64,000 bases of DNA, from positions 7,570 through 71,569 of the forward strand of contig PLPU01000446.1 in NCBI GenBank assembly GCA_003159975.1, in the 5' to 3' direction. The translations under genes were made by a program, and so were the position numbers. Origin of the DNA: Acidobacteriaceae bacterium (GTDB taxonomy: Bacteria; Acidobacteriota; Terriglobia; Terriglobales; Acidobacteriaceae). Below, piece by piece: positions 32,140-42,085 of this stretch. Each line of letters opens with the position of its first letter. Within the stretch, counting starts at the first letter, position 1. The notes beneath the pieces are model-generated. The model saw nothing but the letters and a program-made list of their open reading frames with translations, did no database searches and was not told where the DNA came from.

Positions 32140-34305
32140 ATGGCAGCGCAGCAAAACAGCAACGGCGTCAGGCGGGTGCGGTTCGGTCTCTTTGAGGCCG
32201 ACCTGATGACAGGAGAGTTGCGCCGCTCCGGAATACTAGTCCGCCTGCAAAGCCAACCCTTCAAGCTGCTGGCGGCCCTGCTGGAGGAGCCAGGCCAGGT
32301 AGTTTCCCGCGAGGCTCTGCAACAGCGGCTTTGGGGCGCGGACACGACCGTTGATTTCGACCACAGCCTGGGAATCGCCGTGAATAAGCTCCGCGAAGCC
32401 CTGGGCGACCACGCCGAGAACCCTCGTTTTGTCGAAACCCTGGCCAAACGGGGTTACCGCTTCATCGCACCGGTCAAGACAATCGATCCGGAACCTTCCG
32501 CGCCGTCCGCTGAAACTCACGTGGCCTCGCCCGCTTCCTTCCGGCGCAACTTGGGCATCCTCCGCTGGGGCTGGATTGCGGCTGCGCTGGCCTGCATTTG
32601 CCTGGCGCTGGGGCTTTTTATGCTGCGCTCGCCTTCCCACCGTCCCTATCGCGTGGTGCAGGTCACCCACTCCGGACATGTTCTTACCAATAATCTCGAC
32701 GATCTGGATGTGGAGAGCTTTTCCAGTTCCGTCAGCGACGGCATGCGCCTCTACTTCTCTCACATGGACAATGGCAACCCCGTGCTTGCGGTTGCATTGG
32801 CTGCCAATGGCGAGATCAGCCACTTCAACCTGCCTTCTGAGATTGGCGCTCCGTTAATTGGATCGTTGGCTCCGGACGGATCGAAGCTGATTGTTCACAG
32901 TCACTTACAGGCGGAACCCGAGCAGCCGTTGTGGATTGTGCCCACGCTCGGCGGCGATGTTCGCCGCGTGCCCAACGTGCTGGCTCACGACGCGACCTGG
33001 ATGCCCGACGGGCGCCGCCTGCTCATCGCCAACGGCAATGAACTGACAATTGTGGGATCGGACGGAAGCGATCCCCGGAAACTGATCAGCACGCCCGGCA
33101 TGGCCTTTTGGCTGCGCTGGTCCCCGGATGCAAAGCGTTTGCGCTTCACCTTGCGCGACCCTAAGCGCCAGACCACCGAGTTGTGGGAAGTGGCGGCGGA
33201 CGGCAGCGATCCGCATCCTCTGCTGCCGGACTGGAGCCAGCCGGCCTCGGAGTGCTGTGGTAGTTGGACCTACGATGGTAAGGACTTCGTCTTTCAGTCC
33301 TGGCACAACGGTGACCGGCATAGCGATATCTGGGCCCTGCGCGAGCGACCCTGGTTCCTCAGGGAGCGTGAGCCGAGACAAATTACCAACGGCCCGCTCG
33401 ACTATGAGGCGCCCACCACGTCGCCGCTGAGCGATCGCATCTACTTTATTGGTGTCAACTCGCAGATTGAGTTGCTCCACGCGCTCCCGAAATCCTCAGT
33501 CTTTACGCCGTTGGATCAGGAACTGAGCACTGCGGGCCTGGCCGAATACTCCCCTGACGGCCAGTGGGTTGCATGGCTCAATGGCTCGGATGGTTCGCTG
33601 TGGCGGAGCCGCGCCGATGGCCGCGACCGCATCGAACTGGCGACTCCGCCCCTCCACATCTTCACCATGAAGTGGTCGCCGGACGACAAGCGTCTGGCCC
33701 TTATGGCTGAGGAACCAGGCGTGCCCTGGAAAATTTATCTGATCGACGCGGAGGGCGGAAAGCCTGTTCCCCTGCTCAATGAAGACCGCAACGAAGCCGA
33801 TCCGGACTGGTCCGCCGATGGCCAGTCGATCGTGTTTGGCCGCCTGCCCGACAGAATGGACTCGCGGCAACCAAAAGCCATTTACCTGATCGACATCCAG
33901 ACCCACAAGGTTACTGAAATCCCTGGTTCCACCGGGCTCTTCAGTCCGCGGCTTTCACCCGACGGCCGTTACATCGCTGCGATGCGCCTGGATCAGAAAG
34001 CGCTGTTGCTGTTCGACCGGACACAGGAACGGTGGACCACGCTGACCACCCACGGCGCTGGCGACCCGGCCTGGTCGCACGACGGACATTGGCTCTATTT
34101 TCAGGATTTCCTTGAGGCGGGCAAGCCAATCTACCGCATGGCCGTTCCCGCGGGAAACATCGAGCCGGTAGCCACCATCGATAACCTGCGCCCGATTGCC
34201 GCGACGGACTACCGTCTGATCGGTTTTGCGCCCGGCGATCTGCCCATCGTCAGCGCCCGCACTTCAACCGTCAACCTTTACAGTGTGAACCTGGACGAGC
34301 GCTGA
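32140..34305 (+). CDS. CadC/ToxR-like winged-helix transmembrane regulator with extracytoplasmic PD40/TolB-like beta-propeller
   Basis: N-terminal RFGLFEADL...LQSQPFKLL..LLE.PGQVVSRE.L...W...KLREALGD.AENPRF.ET...RGYRFI, then one TM helix, then WSPDG-type repeats. Confidence 0.85.
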   Translation: MAAQQNSNGVRRVRFGLFEADLMTGELRRSGILVRLQSQPFKLLAALLEEPGQVVSREALQQRLWGADTTVDFDHSLGIAVNKLREALGDHAENPRFVETLAKRGYRFIAPVKTIDPEPSAPSAETHVASPASFRRNLGILRWGWIAAALACICLALGLFMLRSPSHRPYRVVQVTHSGHVLTNNLDDLDVESFSSSVSDGMRLYFSHMDNGNPVLAVALAANGEISHFNLPSEIGAPLIGSLAPDGSKLIVHSHLQAEPEQPLWIVPTLGGDVRRVPNVLAHDATWMPDGRRLLIANGNELTIVGSDGSDPRKLISTPGMAFWLRWSPDAKRLRFTLRDPKRQTTELWEVAADGSDPHPLLPDWSQPASECCGSWTYDGKDFVFQSWHNGDRHSDIWALRERPWFLREREPRQITNGPLDYEAPTTSPLSDRIYFIGVNSQIELLHALPKSSVFTPLDQELSTAGLAEYSPDGQWVAWLNGSDGSLWRSRADGRDRIELATPPLHIFTMKWSPDDKRLALMAEEPGVPWKIYLIDAEGGKPVPLLNEDRNEADPDWSADGQSIVFGRLPDRMDSRQPKAIYLIDIQTHKVTEIPGSTGLFSPRLSPDGRYIAAMRLDQKALLLFDRTQERWTTLTTHGAGDPAWSHDGHWLYFQDFLEAGKPIYRMAVPAGNIEPVATIDNLRPIAATDYRLIGFAPGDLPIVSARTSTVNLYSVNLDER

Positions 34306-34442
34306 GAAATTCAAGAGAATGCCCGCGCCAAGGCGTGATCCGACTCTTCGGCCGCTGCTGTATCCAACGTGAATTACGCGTTGGAGCGCATCCTCAAGAA
34401 AGGGCACTGCGTCGTCGGGAGCCCGTGTGGTACATTGGCGCC

Positions 34443-35351
34443 ATGATATTCAAAGCTCTGGTGATATGCGCGGTGCTGCTGGCGCTTCCGCAGGCGCCGG
34501 CGACAGCACAAGTCTCCAGACCCAAAACCACCCAACCCGCCGCCGCCCCGCCTTCGACGGATTCCGCTCAGTCGGCTCCAACTTCACAAGGTGAGTCCAG
34601 CCCAGCCCCCAAAGCCGATTGCGATGGCTTCCCGTGTGACGATCAGCAGCACCGCCCGGTTGTGGTCAACATTCCTGCTCCTGCTCCGGCTCCCTGGCTG
34701 ATGCGCGAGCGCATCACGTGGGGAGCAAATCTGCTGCTCGCCCTTTTTGCTTACATCGGCATCATGGTTGCACTGTCTGTATTAAAAAAGATTGAACGCC
34801 AGACACGTTCCTCTGAAGCCGCCGCCGCCGCCGCTGCCGTCAGCGCCCAGGCTGCGTTGCTCAATGCGCAGGCCATCATCGATTCGGAAAGACCCTGGCT
34901 ATTGGTATCGGTCGAACCAACCCTGGGAGCGGAAAACAGCTTTATCGTTATGGTCACAAACCGCGGCCGTACCCCCGCATCGATCGTAGCCACCTCGGAG
35001 CAGGTAAGGATTGCAATCGATGAGTCGCATCTTCCCAGTTCTCCTGTATACGACAAGGAGGAGCCGTCTGCTCCGCTGGTTCCTATCATTCTGCTGCCCG
35101 GTGAATCCTCTGGCATCAAACCGTTCCGCAGGGAAGAGGCGCGGGGAGTTTGTGATTCGGAGGAGCGGTTCAAGCACGTGGAAAACTGGGATGAGAAGAT
35201 CTTTCTCTATGGAAGGATCGTCTACAGGAATTTAATTGCCCCCGCCGACCAGCAGATGCACGAAACAAGCTGGTGCTGCTGGTACATTCATGGACGGCAA
35301 AAGAGCGGCTTAGTCATCGCCGGACCGACTGGGTATAACTTGCACACTTAG
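34443..35351 (+). CDS. Hypothetical membrane protein
   Basis: Signal peptide, P/S/T-rich linker, one TM helix, Ala-rich helix and a globular beta-rich C-terminal domain. Confidence 0.65.
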   Translation: MIFKALVICAVLLALPQAPATAQVSRPKTTQPAAAPPSTDSAQSAPTSQGESSPAPKADCDGFPCDDQQHRPVVVNIPAPAPAPWLMRERITWGANLLLALFAYIGIMVALSVLKKIERQTRSSEAAAAAAAVSAQAALLNAQAIIDSERPWLLVSVEPTLGAENSFIVMVTNRGRTPASIVATSEQVRIAIDESHLPSSPVYDKEEPSAPLVPIILLPGESSGIKPFRREEARGVCDSEERFKHVENWDEKIFLYGRIVYRNLIAPADQQMHETSWCCWYIHGRQKSGLVIAGPTGYNLHT

Positions 35352-35437
35352 TCCAGTGTTATAAGCCGCCCAAACTCGCGAGAGGCAAGTTAGTGGACGA
35401 GCTTGCAATTGGGAAGGTGCGTTCTTCAGGAAGAAAC

Positions 35438-36850
35438 TCAGGCAGTGATCGACTGGCGAAGATCGTTCTCGAAGAGTGGCTCCGGTTCGGCCAGCCTGAT
35501 CAGGCGATGAAGATAGGCTCGCGAGATACACAGGCTGCGTGCAGCCAGCGTCTTGTTCCCGTTGTGCTCGCGTACCGCCGAGACGGCCAGTTTGATCTTA
35601 TAGTCGCGAAGCTGCCGCTCAAAGGAGCCTGCGGGATTGTAATCGCCAATGTCGACAACATCGCCGATGTCCACAATATCGTCGTCCTGGCTGTGAAGCG
35701 TAATATCCTCCGCGCGAACCGTGGGCCCGGCGGAAAGGATGATGGCCCGTTGCATCGCATTTTCCAGTTCGCGCACATTTCCAGGCCAGGAGTAATTCTG
35801 CAGCAGGGACAGTGCGTCCGGATCAATATCCTCCATTGGCTTCTGAAAGACCTTCGAATAGTGGTCAAGAAAGTGCATGGCAATCTGCGGGATGTCCTCA
35901 GGGTGCTCCTGCAGTGCCGGCGATTCAATGCGCATGACGTTGATGCGGTAGTAAAGATCCTGGCGGAATTTACCTTCGGCCACTAACTTCCCCAAATCCT
36001 GATGCGTGGCGAAGATCAGCCGTGCACGCAATGGGATGAGCCGGTTGCTGCCCAGGCGGTTGAACTCCATCTGCTGCAGCACGCGCAGGAGTTTCACCTG
36101 CGTAAACAGGCTCAGATCTCCGATTTCATCCAGAAAGAGCGTTCCGTCACCAGCCTGCTCGAAGTAGCCCTCGCGCGCCCCAACCGTGCCGGTAAATGCG
36201 CCCTTCTCATGTCCGAACAACTCGGCTTCGATCAGGGTTTCAGGGATCGCGCCGCACGATACGGCCACAAAGGGGCGGCTGGCGCGAGATCCCAGGTTGT
36301 GAATGGCGCGAGCAATCAATTCCTTGCCGGTTCCACTTTCGCCGGTTATAAGCACCGAGGCGTTGAGATTGGTGACCCGCCGCACCAACTGATACACGCG
36401 CTGCATATGCGTGCTCGATCCGATCAGCCGGTCGCAACCGGCTGGCTTTTCCAGCCGATGCTGCGCGGTTTGCAATTGCTGCTTCAGCGAGGAGTTTTCG
36501 TATGCCCGGCTGAGCATGGTCTTCAGATCGCGAATCGAGGGCGGTCTGCGACAGTAGCCGAAGGCTCCGCTCCGCACCAGTTCGAATGCCGTAGACCGCA
36601 GGCCATCGTCCGCCATCACCACTGAGGGAAGATTGGATGCGATTAACTCCCGCGAAAAACCGATGCGCTCCTGCAACGAACCATGATTCGAATTCAGGTC
36701 CAGAATCATGACATCGCAATCACCGTTCGAGATCAGGTGATTCATGCCTTCCTCATCCGATTCGAGCAGAACCTGGAAATCCTTCCCGAGGACAGAGGAA
36801 AGAAGCGGGTGCAGCGTGCGATCTTCCGAGTACAGTCCGATCCTGATCAT
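35438..36850 (-). CDS. Sigma54-dependent transcriptional activator (NtrC/Fis family, degenerate receiver domain)
   Basis: GESGTGKE Walker A, ELFGHEKGAFTGT, LFLDEI, FRQDLYYRIN, WPGNVRELEN, C-terminal Fis-type HTH (GNKTLAARSL.ISR). Confidence 0.92.
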   Translation of the reverse strand: MIRIGLYSEDRTLHPLLSSVLGKDFQVLLESDEEGMNHLISNGDCDVMILDLNSNHGSLQERIGFSRELIASNLPSVVMADDGLRSTAFELVRSGAFGYCRRPPSIRDLKTMLSRAYENSSLKQQLQTAQHRLEKPAGCDRLIGSSTHMQRVYQLVRRVTNLNASVLITGESGTGKELIARAIHNLGSRASRPFVAVSCGAIPETLIEAELFGHEKGAFTGTVGAREGYFEQAGDGTLFLDEIGDLSLFTQVKLLRVLQQMEFNRLGSNRLIPLRARLIFATHQDLGKLVAEGKFRQDLYYRINVMRIESPALQEHPEDIPQIAMHFLDHYSKVFQKPMEDIDPDALSLLQNYSWPGNVRELENAMQRAIILSAGPTVRAEDITLHSQDDDIVDIGDVVDIGDYNPAGSFERQLRDYKIKLAVSAVREHNGNKTLAARSLCISRAYLHRLIRLAEPEPLFENDLRQSITA

Positions 36851-36974
36851 GAATGAGCGATCTCCATCATCGTCTACGACTGTGCCGCCTCAGGAGGAAG
36901 CGGAAGGTTTGTCTCCATCATCCGGAATCCAAGGCAAGAAAGACAATGGCTGTTTAGTGTTAGTGCAAGGGAAG

Positions 36975-36990
36975 TGCAATGTTGGTACCA
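36975..36990 (-). promoter_or_regulatory. Putative sigma54 -24/-12 promoter of the activator gene
   Basis: Minus strand TGGTACCAACATTGCA (GG-N10-GC), about 125 nt upstream of the ATG. Confidence 0.5.
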
Positions 36991-37487
36991 GGTTGCGTTC
37001 AAAAACCGTTCGTCGGATCCGCGTGTTCACTCACATTGGCCGCCTGCGCCCTTCACGCGAGGACACACTCCGGCTGGAAACAAGCCTTAAGGCGCTTAAA
37101 AAACTCCAGCTGATCGATGCCTGTTGTTCCATTCCAACCATCGTAGATACCGTTCCTGGGCCGGTCAATGCCACATTGGTAACGAATCATGTTCCCACCG
37201 CGGGTGTGAACGCCTGGCACGGAGGGCGACGAAACGATGGCGGTAATGAGGTTTCTTCTTCGGCATGCCCTGGTGTTGCGCACATAAATTATTCATTTAA
37301 AACACTTTGAATTGATCATCCCCGGGCATTACATCGAACCGGGGCACATCTTGAGCACGAAATCGGAGATATTGTCCATATCCCACTTGCGGTACTCGCC
37401 GCCGACAAGGGTAACGTTTTATCGAGTACCTACGTTTTTTGGTTATCCTGGCGGGTTACTACTTTTTATGTTGTTTACATTGACAAG

Positions 37488-37503
37488 TGGCACGTCAATT
37501 GCA
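37488..37503 (+). promoter_or_regulatory. Sigma54 -24/-12 promoter upstream of the cpaA-tad genes
   Basis: TGGCACGTCAATTGCA matches the TGGCACG-N4-TTGC consensus. Confidence 0.7.
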
Positions 37504-37913
37504 CGCAATGAGCATGTCGAATTCGAGAAGGGCCGAAATTCCCCTCGTGGCTTGCGCCGCTGCCCGCAAAGCTGTGTCCATCGGCATTTGAGTCGACGTA
37601 CGCTGGCGATTCCGGAGAATTCGCCGGACGACCGGGCGTTTTGATGCTCGAGTGCACCCGCACAGCCTGTCCGGGCGACGATCCGCTGGCGTGGCCTTAT
37701 TCTTCGCACGCGCTGCTTCCTGCCGGCGCGGCCTGTGTATACGTCCTGCTTCACCACGTGAAACCCTTCGTAAACATCCGTGTACACCGGACGGGCATAG
37801 AGTTCCGTTATCTTCATGAATTCAAGCTGTTTCGCTTTCCAGCGATTTGGTTGGACAATTGCATTACAATAGTGTTCTCTTGATAATATGGGGGGCGGAG
37901 AAGGAGCCGGGGC

Positions 37914-38453
37914 ATGCACTCGTTCGCCTGGTGGCCGACGTTGATTGTTCTCACTGTGGCGACCTTCACTGACTTGCGCAGCCGCCGCATCCCGAATTGG
38001 CTGGTGTTTCCCTTCCTGGTGGCGGGGATACTTGTCTCACCCTGGCGCCAGGACTGGCACGGGAGCAGCCATGGATTTGGCTGGCATGGGGTCGGCCAAT
38101 GTTTTGAAGGTCTTGGTCTTGGCTTGTTGATTTACGGCATACTTTTTTTTGTCGGCGGAATGGGAGCGGGGGACGTCAAGCTGTGCGCCGCAATTGGCGC
38201 GTGGATTGGCCCGGCCCAAATGATTTTTGCGCTGGTGATCACAGCCATGGCAGGAGGAATCATCATTTTGTGCTGGGCGGCAGGCGCGTTTGCAGTTGCC
38301 CAGTTCAAACGAATACGCATTCACTTCTCCGATTCGAAAGAGGGTGAATTGCGAGGCGATCCGGAACCGGTTCTCCCTGGTCTGCTGAAGCGCAAGATGC
38401 CTTACGCTCCGGCCATCGCAGTTGGGACGCTGATTTCGTTCTTTGCACGTTGA
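37914..38453 (+). CDS. cpaA: Prepilin peptidase, A24 family (CpaA/TadV)
   Basis: TDLRSRRIPNWL, GGMGAGDVKL, MPYAPAIAVG. AAGGAG RBS. Confidence 0.9.
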   Translation: MHSFAWWPTLIVLTVATFTDLRSRRIPNWLVFPFLVAGILVSPWRQDWHGSSHGFGWHGVGQCFEGLGLGLLIYGILFFVGGMGAGDVKLCAAIGAWIGPAQMIFALVITAMAGGIIILCWAAGAFAVAQFKRIRIHFSDSKEGELRGDPEPVLPGLLKRKMPYAPAIAVGTLISFFAR

Positions 38454-38470
38454 GTAGGGAAAGGAACATC

Positions 38471-39763
38471 ATGCCCAACGCGCCGAGGTTCGATCAAGGG
38501 GAAGTTAATTCGGAAGTGAAGAATCACGCAAAATGGAGCAGTAATTCAGTGAGTTCAGACTCTTTCCCGTATATCGACTCTCATTCCCCCGATTCCTTCG
38601 GCTCGGATCCCTTGTCGATCGCGTTGGTTGGCCCGGACGAAGAGCGCCGAAAGGCGGCAGCAAGCGCGCTCGCGGAATGCCAGGGAGCGGAAGTTCGCGA
38701 GTTCTCCGCTTATCCCCCCGGCCTGGACGATTTGCCAAGGTTGCTCGAACAGCGCTACGACGTGATTATCATCGACCTCGACAGCAACCCTGAATACGCC
38801 CTTGAGCTTGTGGAGAGCATCTGCGCAAACGGCGCGGTGACGGTGATGGTCTATTCGTCAAAGACCGACCCGGACCTGCTGGTACGTTGCATGCGGGCCG
38901 GCGCCCGCGAGTATCTGACGCTTCCTTTCTCCCACACCATCATGGCCGAGGCGTTGGTTCGCGCCGCTGCGAGGCGCCCCGCCCACCGTCCGTCGCGAAA
39001 AGTCGGCGGCAGGCTGTTGGTATTCTTCGGCGCAAAGGGTGGCACCGGCGTCACCACGATATCCTGCAATTTTGCGGTGGCCCTGGCTCAGGACACTTCC
39101 CAGAGCACCCTGCTGATCGATCTCGACCTCCCGCTGGGAGACGCCGCGCTCAACCTTGGGCTGGTCGCCGACTTCTCGACGATTAACGCTCTTCAGGATT
39201 CCGGCCGTCTGGATGCCAGTTTTCTTAACAAGCTCCTGATCAAGCACAGCTCGGGGCTGTCCGTGCTTGCCGCTCCGGGCAAGTTCCCCAACTTCACGGC
39301 ATCCAACGAGTCCATCGACAAGTTGATTTCGGTTGCGCGTCAGGACTTCGACAACGTGGTGGTCGATGTGGGATCCAGGCTTGATCTGGCGGGAACCGCC
39401 CTGTTCAGAGATGCGAGTACGATCTATCTAGTGACCCAGGCCGGAATTCCCGAACTCCGCAATTCCAATCGCCTGATCAGCCAGTTCTTCCCCTCGGGCG
39501 GCCCTAAAGTGGAGATCGTGATCAACCGCTATCAGCCTCGCGCGCTGGGGGTCGGCGATGAGCATGTTACGAAGGCCCTGACCAGGCCCGCGCAGTGGAA
39601 GATTCCCAATGATTTCGCGGCGGTGCGGCGCATGCAGAACACGGCCACCCCGCTGGTGCTCGAAGATTCGCCCATTTCCCGGCAGATCAAGGAAATGGCG
39701 CGATCCGTTACCGGGCAGCAGGAGGCTCCGGCAAAGAAAAAAGGTTTTAGTCTGTTTGGATGA
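38471..39763 (+). CDS. cpaE: Pilus assembly protein CpaE/TadZ (receiver-like domain + MinD/ParA-like domain)
   Basis: Receiver-like N-domain (CMRAGAREYL), deviant Walker A GAKGGTGVTT, LIDLDL, IPND, C-terminal amphipathic KKGFSLFG. Start uncertain. Confidence 0.85.
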   Translation: MPNAPRFDQGEVNSEVKNHAKWSSNSVSSDSFPYIDSHSPDSFGSDPLSIALVGPDEERRKAAASALAECQGAEVREFSAYPPGLDDLPRLLEQRYDVIIIDLDSNPEYALELVESICANGAVTVMVYSSKTDPDLLVRCMRAGAREYLTLPFSHTIMAEALVRAAARRPAHRPSRKVGGRLLVFFGAKGGTGVTTISCNFAVALAQDTSQSTLLIDLDLPLGDAALNLGLVADFSTINALQDSGRLDASFLNKLLIKHSSGLSVLAAPGKFPNFTASNESIDKLISVARQDFDNVVVDVGSRLDLAGTALFRDASTIYLVTQAGIPELRNSNRLISQFFPSGGPKVEIVINRYQPRALGVGDEHVTKALTRPAQWKIPNDFAAVRRMQNTATPLVLEDSPISRQIKEMARSVTGQQEAPAKKKGFSLFG

Positions 39764-39805
39764 TGTCTTACTGAACGCCATCTTGCGCTCGACGGAAGGT
39801 CAACC

Positions 39806-41086
39806 TTGGAACTGCTGAATCTGGAAAAATACAAAGCGGAAATACATCGGACCCTGATCTCCAAGCTGGATCTGGAGAAACTGTCGCGGGTCAACACCAG
39901 CCAGGCCCGGCAGGCAGTATCAGGCATTGTCAAAGAGATCATCGCCGACCAGCGGGTTCCCCTGAACTTCGACGAACAGGAAAAGATCCAGGCCGACCTG
40001 CTGGACGAAGTCTTTGGCCTCGGTCCGCTTGAGCCGCTGCTCAGGGACCCGAAGATTTCCGACATCCTGGTCAACGACAAGGATCACGTTTTCGTTGAAA
40101 AGGGTGGACTTCTTATGAAGGTCAACACCACCTTTCGCGACGATCGCCATCTGCTCCAGATCATCGACCGCATCGTTTCGCGCGTCGGCCGCAGAGTGGA
40201 CGAGTCCTCGCCCATGGTCGATGCCCGCCTGCCCGACGGCTCGCGTGTGAACGCCATCATCCCCCCTCTGGCGCTCGACGGCCCCTCCCTGTCCATCCGC
40301 CGCTTCGGCACCGGCCCCATCGCCGCCAATCAGCTGGTGGTCCTCAAGAGCATTTCGGCGGAGATGATGGAGGTGCTTGCCTCCGCGGTGAAAGCCCGCA
40401 TCAGCATCGTCATCTCCGGCGGCACCGGCTCCGGTAAAACCACGCTCCTGAACATTCTTTCCCAGTACATTCCCAACAGCGAGCGCCTGGTCACCATTGA
40501 GGACGCCGCTGAACTCCGGCTGGCCCAGGAAAACATCGTGCGCCTCGAAACCCGGCCGCCCAACATTGAAGGACAGGGCGCCATCCGTCAGCGCCAGTTG
40601 CTGATCAACTGCCTCCGCATGCGTCCCGACCGCATCATCATGGGCGAGATCCGCGGCGAGGAAGCCTTTGACATGTTGCAGGCCATGAATACCGGCCACG
40701 AAGGCTCGATGACCACGATTCACGCCAATACGCCGCGTGACGCGATCTCCCGCCTGGAGTCCATGGTGGCCATGGGCAATATGAATATGCCGGAGAAATC
40801 CGTGCGCCAGCAGATTGCCTCAGCCATCACCATCGTCATTCAGGCCTCGCGCATGAGCGACGGCTCGCGCAAGGTTACCAGCGTCTCCGAAATTACCGGC
40901 ATGGAAGAAAACGTGATCAGCATGCAGGAGATATTTGCCTTCAACAAAAAAGGAATTGGGCCCGACGGCAAGGTCATTGGCGCCTTCCAGCCGACACATA
41001 TCCGTCCCCGCTTCCTCGACAAGCTCCGCGTCGCGGGCATTATCCTGCCCCCAAGCCTGTTCGAGCGCGAAACGCTGGTCAACTAA
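39806..41086 (+). CDS. cpaF: Tad secretion ATPase CpaF/TadA
   Basis: [64 protein letters not shown]. Confidence 0.95.
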   Translation: MELLNLEKYKAEIHRTLISKLDLEKLSRVNTSQARQAVSGIVKEIIADQRVPLNFDEQEKIQADLLDEVFGLGPLEPLLRDPKISDILVNDKDHVFVEKGGLLMKVNTTFRDDRHLLQIIDRIVSRVGRRVDESSPMVDARLPDGSRVNAIIPPLALDGPSLSIRRFGTGPIAANQLVVLKSISAEMMEVLASAVKARISIVISGGTGSGKTTLLNILSQYIPNSERLVTIEDAAELRLAQENIVRLETRPPNIEGQGAIRQRQLLINCLRMRPDRIIMGEIRGEEAFDMLQAMNTGHEGSMTTIHANTPRDAISRLESMVAMGNMNMPEKSVRQQIASAITIVIQASRMSDGSRKVTSVSEITGMEENVISMQEIFAFNKKGIGPDGKVIGAFQPTHIRPRFLDKLRVAGIILPPSLFERETLVN

Positions 41087-41107
41087 AAAGAGAGGAGGTC
41101 GATCGTT

Positions 41108-42076
41108 ATGATGTTGATTCTTGTTCTTGTATTTGTCGGAGTGTTTTTGGTTGTTGCATTGGTGGTGAGCGCCTCCATGGGCGGAGACCGGCAGGCAAAG
41201 CAGGTCATCGCCACCCTCGACTCGGCTCTGGCCACCGAAAGCGTGGAAGCGCGCAACGAGATTCTCAATCTTCGCAAGAGCGACAAGCTCAGCACCATTC
41301 CCTGGCTCAATCATCGGCTGCTCAAACTCCAGATCGGACCGCTGCTGCGCGGCCTGCTCGCACAGGCCGATCTCAAGTGGACAGTGGGCGGCATGCTCTC
41401 GATGTGCCTCCTCTGTTTTGTTGTTCCGGCCTACGTGCTCTATTGGCGCACGGGCTCCGTGCCGCTGGCCCTTCTGGTCGGAGCGTTCCTGGGCTTCATG
41501 CCGATCGCCATTGCGATGTTCAAACGCAGTAAACGCTTCGGCAAGTTCGAGAAGGGGCTCCCGGAAGCTCTCGATATGATGGTCAGCGCCCTCCGCGCCG
41601 GACACAGCCTCATCGCCGCGATGGGCCTGGTGGCTCGCGAAAGTCCCGATCCCATCGGGACCGAGTTCAGGATATGTTTCGAAGAGCAAAACTACGGCCT
41701 TGAAATGAAAACCGCCATCGACAACCTGCTCAACCGCATTCCCATGCAGGATCTTAGAATCGTTGCGACTGCGATCATGATCCAAAAGGAGACCGGCGGC
41801 AATCTTGCCGAGGTGCTCGACAAGACCTCCTGGGTGATCCGGGAACGGTTCCGTCTCAAGCGGCAGGTGGCGACGCACACCGCGCAGGGCCGCATGACCG
41901 GGATCGTCCTGACTCTTCTTCCCATTATCCTGGGAATCGCTTTGTATTTCGTGAACCCGACATTGATGAGCATCCTGTGGACGCGACCGATCGGCATCAA
42001 GCTGCTTTGGGTGGCCAGCATCATGATCGTGATCGGCGGCTTGATCATCCGGCACATTGTCAATATGGAGGTCTGA
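41108..42076 (+). CDS. tadB: TadB (T2SS F-family) inner-membrane platform protein
   Basis: LPEALDMMVSALRAGHS, IQKETGGNLAEVL, TAQGR. Follows cpaF. Confidence 0.9.
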   Translation: MMLILVLVFVGVFLVVALVVSASMGGDRQAKQVIATLDSALATESVEARNEILNLRKSDKLSTIPWLNHRLLKLQIGPLLRGLLAQADLKWTVGGMLSMCLLCFVVPAYVLYWRTGSVPLALLVGAFLGFMPIAIAMFKRSKRFGKFEKGLPEALDMMVSALRAGHSLIAAMGLVARESPDPIGTEFRICFEEQNYGLEMKTAIDNLLNRIPMQDLRIVATAIMIQKETGGNLAEVLDKTSWVIRERFRLKRQVATHTAQGRMTGIVLTLLPIILGIALYFVNPTLMSILWTRPIGIKLLWVASIMIVIGGLIIRHIVNMEV

Positions 42077-42085
42077 AGAGGGCTT

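Noticed and set aside
34818-34840. (GCC)n run as a phase-variable repeat
   Set aside because: In-frame triplet run encoding poly-Ala. Slippage would not shift the frame.
37504-37700. Possible c-di-GMP riboswitch in the cpaA leader
   Set aside because: Only a GCAAAGC fragment. The GEMM two-stem architecture with GNRA loop and receptor is not evident.
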